In this document: positions 59,086 to 64,000 of the stretch, piece after piece
How positions within the stretch are numbered: position 1 is the stretch's first letter
Layout of the letters: the number at the start of each line of letters is the position of its first letter
Assembly: GCA_009691415.1 (NCBI GenBank)
Contig: SICP01000003.1
Location: 12,442-76,441 of the forward strand
Length of the DNA: 64,000 nucleotides
Reading direction: 5' to 3'
From: Candidatus Margulisiibacteriota bacterium
GTDB taxonomy: Bacteria > Margulisbacteria > Marinamargulisbacteria > SXXA01 > SICP01
Notes under the pieces: generated by a model
What the model was told of the DNA's origin: nothing
Database searches by the model: none
The model's input: the letters and a program-made list of their open reading frames with translations, nothing else
Program-made: the position numbers and the translations under genes

Positions 59086-59431
59086 AGGCGCGACAACAGT
59101 GGATATTAATAGTGCCGGCATGATTTTAACTGAAACAGAATGCTTGCTTGTAAAAATGATTCAAGATAATGCCATTTTGATAGAAGATATAGCCTCTATT
59201 TTTTTCTCTGTTACGCCCGATTTGAATGCAGAGTTTCCTGCCAAAGCCGCCCGAGAAATGGGGCTCACCAAGGTGCCTTTGTTGTGTATGACGGAGATTC
59301 CAGTCCCAGGAAGTTTGCCGATGTGTATTCGGATTTTAGTTCATGTAAACACGTTGAAATCTATGGATGAGCTGGTGCCTATTTATTTGAACAAATCAGT
59401 GGCATTGCGGCCGGATGTTTCCGATGATTAA
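59060..59431 (+). CDS. aroH: chorismate mutase, AroH class
   Basis: About 120 aa. N-terminal LRGIRGATTV, characteristic of AroH-type chorismate mutases. Confidence 0.85.
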   Translation: MGMFLRGIRGATTVDINSAGMILTETECLLVKMIQDNAILIEDIASIFFSVTPDLNAEFPAKAAREMGLTKVPLLCMTEIPVPGSLPMCIRILVHVNTLKSMDELVPIYLNKSVALRPDVSDD

Positions 59432-60257
59432 GTCTGTTGGTATTGTTGGACTTGGGTTAATTGGGGGATCCTACGCGGCACTCATCCGAGAACAATGTTC
59501 GGAGTGTCATGTTTTCGCAATTGATCCTGATGCATTCGCGTATAAATTTGCCTTATCGAAGGGCTGGGTGGATGCAGGTTATGAGACGTTGTTGGATTGT
59601 CATGAGGAGCCAGATTTGATCATAGTCTGTACGCCTCTGTCTATTTTGGCATCGACTATTAAAGCGGTTTCTCGATATTTCAAAGATCAGCCACTTTTGA
59701 TTACAGATGTTGGCAGCGTTAAAGCTTTTCCTGTTTCGGGGTTATCTGAAGGCCATGTGTTTATTCCAGGGCATCCGATGGGCGGAAGTGACCAGGTAGG
59801 GGTTTGTAATGCGGATGTGGCGCTTTTAAGAGACCTTGTCTACTTTGTTGTTGAGACCCCAGGAATGGCCTCGTTTAAAGCTTTTTTGGAGCAACTGAAG
59901 TTTCGGGTAGTGGTTGTATCTGCCCAGTCGCATGATGAAGTGATGGCAGCGGTGTCGCATCTTCCCTATATTTTGTCTTCACTATTGGTGTCTGCGGCCA
60001 AGCAGTTTTCTGAAGAAGATATTCGAAATGGCATGGGGCCAGGGTTTCGGGATACGTCACGCGTTTCAGGATCTTCCCCAGATTGGGGTGCGGATGTGTC
60101 AGTTATGAATAGTAAAAATTTAATCCCGTTAATAGATCATGTAGAAAAAGAGCTGGCCGAAATTCGTCAGTTGATTGATGCTGGAGATCATAAAGGGTTG
60201 GTGTCATTTTTTTCGAAAACTTCTGAATTTCGTAGACATTTGTATGCGGAAATGTGA
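59415..60257 (+). CDS. tyrA: prephenate/arogenate dehydrogenase
   Basis: 280 aa. Rossmann motif VGIVGLGLIGGS and HPMGG catalytic motif. Confidence 0.85.
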   Translation: MFPMIKSVGIVGLGLIGGSYAALIREQCSECHVFAIDPDAFAYKFALSKGWVDAGYETLLDCHEEPDLIIVCTPLSILASTIKAVSRYFKDQPLLITDVGSVKAFPVSGLSEGHVFIPGHPMGGSDQVGVCNADVALLRDLVYFVVETPGMASFKAFLEQLKFRVVVVSAQSHDEVMAAVSHLPYILSSLLVSAAKQFSEEDIRNGMGPGFRDTSRVSGSSPDWGADVSVMNSKNLIPLIDHVEKELAEIRQLIDAGDHKGLVSFFSKTSEFRRHLYAEM

Positions 60258-60376
60258 AATATTTTTTTTATCATGTGTTGATATGTAATAGTAATTTTCT
60301 TGATATTTTGAGCTTGAATTTGATTTTTATGTAAAATATTGTTGCCACGTTTGTAAAATAAGTTTAAATAGTTTCT

Positions 60377-61519
60377 ATGAATTCATCTTTTCATCATTTC
60401 TTATTAGAGTTACCTCAGCCAAGCTTTGATTCCCCTTTAACTAGCATTATCCTAGAGCTAGAAAAACTTCGATATAAGCGTATTCAGGATACGCATGTTT
60501 ATCCATTAATATTTTCTCAAATAAAAGAAATATTCCAACTTTTAGAAAGTTTAGAGTCGGTTAGAATTGAAGGTAATAATACAACGTTATCGGAGCTTAT
60601 TGAAAAGACTATAGAAGGCAAAAAAAGTTCAAATGAACAAATGGAAGAGTTAGAGAATATTCAGGCTGCGTTAAAATTTGCAGATGATTACATTCAAAAG
60701 GGCACAAAGATAGATCGTGCATTTATTTCTGAATTGCATAGATTGGTTGTTAGTGGTCTTAAGCGAGATGGGGATCGGACGCCAGGTATTTATCGTAGTG
60801 AAGAGGTGAAAATATCAAATTCTAATCATCAGCCGCCTAGACCGGAAACAATTTCTAGTTATATGGAAGAATTTTTTGATTTTATTGGGACGCCTAAAGA
60901 AATAAAATATAACTTGTTAGTAACCGCCTTGGCTCATCATAGATTTGTTTGGATTCATCCCTTTCGGAATGGAAATGGAGGTGTTGTTAGATTGCTTACT
61001 TATTCTATGTTGGTAAGTCAGGGTTTTATGGTTGGAAATATATTAAATCCAACGGCTGTATTTTGTAATGATAGGAATAAATATTATGAATTTTTAGCAA
61101 AGGCGGATTCAGGGTTATCTTTCGGTATTGAAGAATGGTGTCACTATGTTTTGAGTAATTTATTAATTGAAATGAATAAAATTGAAAAATTATTAGATCA
61201 TAAATATTTAACTGAAAAAATATTGTTTCCTGCGCTTAAATTTTCGCTAGAAAAAGAGGTGATAACTGAAGAAGAACGAAGCCTTCTCAAGGTAGGTATT
61301 GAATTGGGAGAGTTTAAGGCTGGAGATTTTAATAAAATTTTGGGCAAAAAAAATTCAAGCCAGGTTACTCGTATAATAAATAAGCTGAAAAACCAAAAAA
61401 TGATTTATTCTCTACCTAATTCTCCAAGAAAATATGGGATTAGTTTGGTTAATAACTATTTATTAAGGGGTGTTATTCACTATCTTTCTCTTGAAGGGTT
61501 TATTCCTTTTAAAGATTGA
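60377..61519 (+). CDS. Fic family protein with C-terminal winged-helix-like region
   Basis: 380 aa. Fic core HPFRNGNGGVVR (HPF..GNG...R pattern), preceded by a Fic N-terminal-type region. The gene and its upstream spacer are visibly more AT-rich than their neighbours. Confidence 0.85.
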   Translation: MNSSFHHFLLELPQPSFDSPLTSIILELEKLRYKRIQDTHVYPLIFSQIKEIFQLLESLESVRIEGNNTTLSELIEKTIEGKKSSNEQMEELENIQAALKFADDYIQKGTKIDRAFISELHRLVVSGLKRDGDRTPGIYRSEEVKISNSNHQPPRPETISSYMEEFFDFIGTPKEIKYNLLVTALAHHRFVWIHPFRNGNGGVVRLLTYSMLVSQGFMVGNILNPTAVFCNDRNKYYEFLAKADSGLSFGIEEWCHYVLSNLLIEMNKIEKLLDHKYLTEKILFPALKFSLEKEVITEEERSLLKVGIELGEFKAGDFNKILGKKNSSQVTRIINKLKNQKMIYSLPNSPRKYGISLVNNYLLRGVIHYLSLEGFIPFKD

Positions 61520-61532
61520 TCAGCTATTATAG

Positions 61533-62189
61533 TTAAGTAATTTTTCCATCAGATAAGTAAATTTGTCGTGTGGCAATGTTGGCAAAATCTGGGTCGTGAG
61601 TGACCATGACGATGGTGGTTTTTTTTTCAAGATTGAGTTTTTTGAAAATGGTCATCACGATTTCTCCGTTTGCAGAATCTAGATTTCCGGTTGGCTCGTC
61701 CGTAAATAGATAGGAGGGTTCCATGATGAGGGCTCTTGCGATGGAGACGCGTTGTTGTTCTCCTCCTGAGAGTTGTTTGGGGAGTCGGTCAAATTTATGT
61801 TTGATTTGGAATTCTTCTAGGAGGTGGTGGGCGTAGTCTCTTTTTTTGTGGTGAAGGCCTTTCTTTCTTGCAGGCATGAGAATATTTTCTTCGGCAGTGA
61901 GTTCTGGCAGTAGATAATGAAATTGAAAAACAAACCCCATGTGTTCATTGCGAAATTGATGGAGTTTTTTTTGGGAGAATGTACTTATTTCGTCGCCAGC
62001 TATTTTTATGCTTCCCGATGTTGCTGTGTCGAGGCTGCTCATGATGTAGAGTAAGGTGCTTTTTCCTGATCCAGAACGGCCGACTAAAGACACGAATTCA
62101 CCTAACTTAATGTCGCATGTAATATCAGTTAGGACTTGTGTGGGCGGTGTGTTGAAAAATTTATTCACATTTTCTAGTAGGATACTCAT
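61533..62189 (-). CDS. ABC transporter ATP-binding protein (MacB/LolD/DevA type)
   Basis: 218 aa. Walker A GRSGSGKST, signature LSGGEQQR and Walker B LFTDEPTGNLD. Confidence 0.9.
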   Translation of the reverse strand: MSILLENVNKFFNTPPTQVLTDITCDIKLGEFVSLVGRSGSGKSTLLYIMSSLDTATSGSIKIAGDEISTFSQKKLHQFRNEHMGFVFQFHYLLPELTAEENILMPARKKGLHHKKRDYAHHLLEEFQIKHKFDRLPKQLSGGEQQRVSIARALIMEPSYLFTDEPTGNLDSANGEIVMTIFKKLNLEKKTTIVMVTHDPDFANIATRQIYLSDGKIT

Positions 62190-62191
62190 GG

Positions 62192-63442
62192 TTAGCTTTC
62201 TGATCTGATAATGTCGATGGGGGTCATGTATCCCGCTGCGCGCGCAGGGAGGACGCTGGCGATGATGGATGCAATAAATGAGAGGGTAAATGCTCTAATA
62301 TAAATAGCGGGTTGAAATGATACCGTTAATGTTCCGGTTCCTTTTCCAAGGGGACCGCCTCCAAACGGAACTTGGGAGAGATATAGACAGAGTCCATAGC
62401 CTACTAATACACCAATGAGTCCACCTAAAATTCCGAGCACAACACCCTGAATAAAGAATAAGAAAATAATGTCTTTTGCCTCAAAGCCGATAGATCTTAG
62501 GATGGCTATTTCTTTTCTTTTTTGTGTTACGACCATGTTAAGAATATTGTAAATCCCGAATCCTGCGACCATTAAAATACAGGTGATCATCATGTATCGT
62601 ATAGCATCTTGAATTTTAAAAATGTTGAAGAAACTGGCGTTGGCTTGATCCCAGCTTTGCACTTTTTCATCCCCGAATTTTTGCCAGTCTTCAGAGACTT
62701 GTTTGGCTTGATCGATGTGTTTTAAACGAACAGCTATTTCATTGACGTAGCCTGGCGTTTGATTCAGATGTTGTGCATCAGATAGTGATCCAAAGACGGT
62801 GTTGGCATCGAGTGCACTCACGCCTGTTTGGAAAGATCCTACTATTTTAAAGGGAATGGGTGCGCTGCGACCGTTGGAGATCCAAATTCTTTCTGTAACA
62901 TGGGCCCCTAATTTTTCTAATAATTCTTGGCCAAGAATAATACGATTACTACCTGCTCCAATGTCGGTAAATTTTCCGCCATGGACGTAGTTTCTGATGG
63001 TTGTGACGTGTTGCTGTCTACTGGGAACAACGCCTATGAGTTGTCCAGAAATAGCTTTGCCGTAATGGGTTAGGATGATTTGTGTTTTGAGCTGTGGTGA
63101 GTAGGCTGCGATTCTGGGGTCGTTATCAAGACGTTTGTACCACCCTGCAGGATAGATAATTCTGGCATGGTCTTTGCGTGTGCTTGGGGGTGTATTCCAA
63201 AACACGTGTTCTATTTTTGGGAAGAAAAATGTGGAGAGTGCGGGGGTGTCTATGATGGTTTCTTTAGATGTAATGTGGACTTGTGCGTCATTATTTACTA
63301 ATTGATCAATAAAAAATTCTCGAAATCCTAGCATGATTCCAGAGATGACTATGAAGGCTATCGTGCCTAAAATAATGCCTGCTAATGTTAATAATGTTTG
63401 TCGCTTGCGTGAAACCAGTTGTCGAAACGCAAGAAAGATCAT
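62192..63442 (-). CDS. ABC transporter permease, FtsX/MacB/DevC type
   Basis: 416 aa. One N-terminal TM helix, a large extracytoplasmic domain, then three C-terminal TM helices (FtsX-like). Confidence 0.85.
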   Translation of the reverse strand: MIFLAFRQLVSRKRQTLLTLAGIILGTIAFIVISGIMLGFREFFIDQLVNNDAQVHITSKETIIDTPALSTFFFPKIEHVFWNTPPSTRKDHARIIYPAGWYKRLDNDPRIAAYSPQLKTQIILTHYGKAISGQLIGVVPSRQQHVTTIRNYVHGGKFTDIGAGSNRIILGQELLEKLGAHVTERIWISNGRSAPIPFKIVGSFQTGVSALDANTVFGSLSDAQHLNQTPGYVNEIAVRLKHIDQAKQVSEDWQKFGDEKVQSWDQANASFFNIFKIQDAIRYMMITCILMVAGFGIYNILNMVVTQKRKEIAILRSIGFEAKDIIFLFFIQGVVLGILGGLIGVLVGYGLCLYLSQVPFGGGPLGKGTGTLTVSFQPAIYIRAFTLSFIASIIASVLPARAAGYMTPIDIIRSES

Positions 63443-64000
63443 TTATTTTTCCGGCAAAATAAGGCTGTCGCCTTCGTGCAATCCTGATAGAATTTCTGCG
63501 ATTTCTCCGTCAACGATACCTAGTGTTATTTGCTGTGTCTGATGATTTTTTAAAGTGACTTGATGGCCGTTTGTGATGGCTCTGATGGGTATAAGTAATG
63601 CCTGATTTTTTTTTGAGATTTCAATGGCGACATCTCCTGTCATGCCTGGCAAAATATTGGGTGGAAATTTAAGGCCTTCTACCCGTACTAGAAACTGATT
63701 CTCATTAGAAAGCAGGGTGGAAACATGTCCGGTAAATCGCACATTTCTGATTGTTTCAAAGCTGACAATAACCTTTTGTCCTTTTCTAACAAGGAGTGCG
63801 GCTTCTTGTTCTAGAGAAACAACGATGTACATGTCTGATAAATCTGTAAGGGTTAGAATTGGGTTTTGTGGAAAAATAACCTCCCCCAGTTTGTAGGGGA
63901 GGGAAGTTATTGTTCCTGAGAAGGGGGCTTGGAATTCGGTTTCGGTTTTAAGTAGGGCTTGCCCTTTTTTTACAGCTTGTCCTTCGGTGACATAAAGTTT
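63443..64000 (-). CDS. periplasmic adaptor (HlyD/MacA/DevB-type membrane fusion protein), 5' end outside the window
   Basis: The frame stays open beyond the listed ATG at 63832 up to the window edge (..KLYVTEGQAVKKGQALLKTETEFQAPFSGTITSLPYKLGEVIF..), which is a typical lipoyl/beta-barrel MFP pattern. It directly abuts the permease gene. Confidence 0.75.
   Translation of the reverse strand, partial: KLYVTEGQAVKKGQALLKTETEFQAPFSGTITSLPYKLGEVIFPQNPILTLTDLSDMYIVVSLEQEAALLVRKGQKVIVSFETIRNVRFTGHVSTLLSNENQFLVRVEGLKFPPNILPGMTGDVAIEISKKNQALLIPIRAITNGHQVTLKNHQTQQITLGIVDGEIAEILSGLHEGDSLILPEK

Overview
Origin-proximal chromosomal segment of a diderm, moderately AT-rich bacterium. Almost all of it is conserved housekeeping sequence. 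It carries mnmG-rsmG, parB-parA with consensus parS sites, ruvC-ruvA, and dnaA-dnaN-recF flanked by DnaA-box clusters. The dcw cell-wall/division cluster is split into two oppositely oriented halves: murE-murF-mraY-murD-ftsW-murG on the minus strand at 9.1-15.8 kb, and murC-murB-ddl-ftsQ-ftsA-ftsZ on the plus strand at 48.3-56.8 kb. Other genes include purA, a long-form thiE, queA, clpC, radA, folA, gmhB, bioF/esterase/birA, aroH and tyrA. There is an AddB-like nuclease / UvrD-like helicase pair. Envelope genes include TonB, an AmiC-like amidase, a 1603-aa beta-rich protein and a DevBCA/MacAB-like exporter. I found no rRNA, tRNA, CRISPR array or intact mobile element. I do not see a clear multi-gene novel system such as a defence island. 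The observations most worth a second look are: (1) an IS30-family transposase remnant plus a eukaryote-like armadillo-repeat protein, with near-identical 126-bp repeats, inserted between ftsA and ftsZ; (2) a sharp G/C-skew sign change near 8.15-8.2 kb, about 10.5 kb from the dnaA-linked DnaA-box clusters; (3) four parS or parS-like sites, one inside a 32-bp perfect palindrome; (4) a KaiC-like ATPase plus receiver-KaiC-like fusion next to parA; (5) a DUF1016 nuclease gene broken by one in-frame TAA; (6) murB, whose conserved N-terminus has no canonical start codon; (7) an unannotated 28-codon bS22-like micro-ORF. All family calls come from motif recognition by eye; no searches were run.
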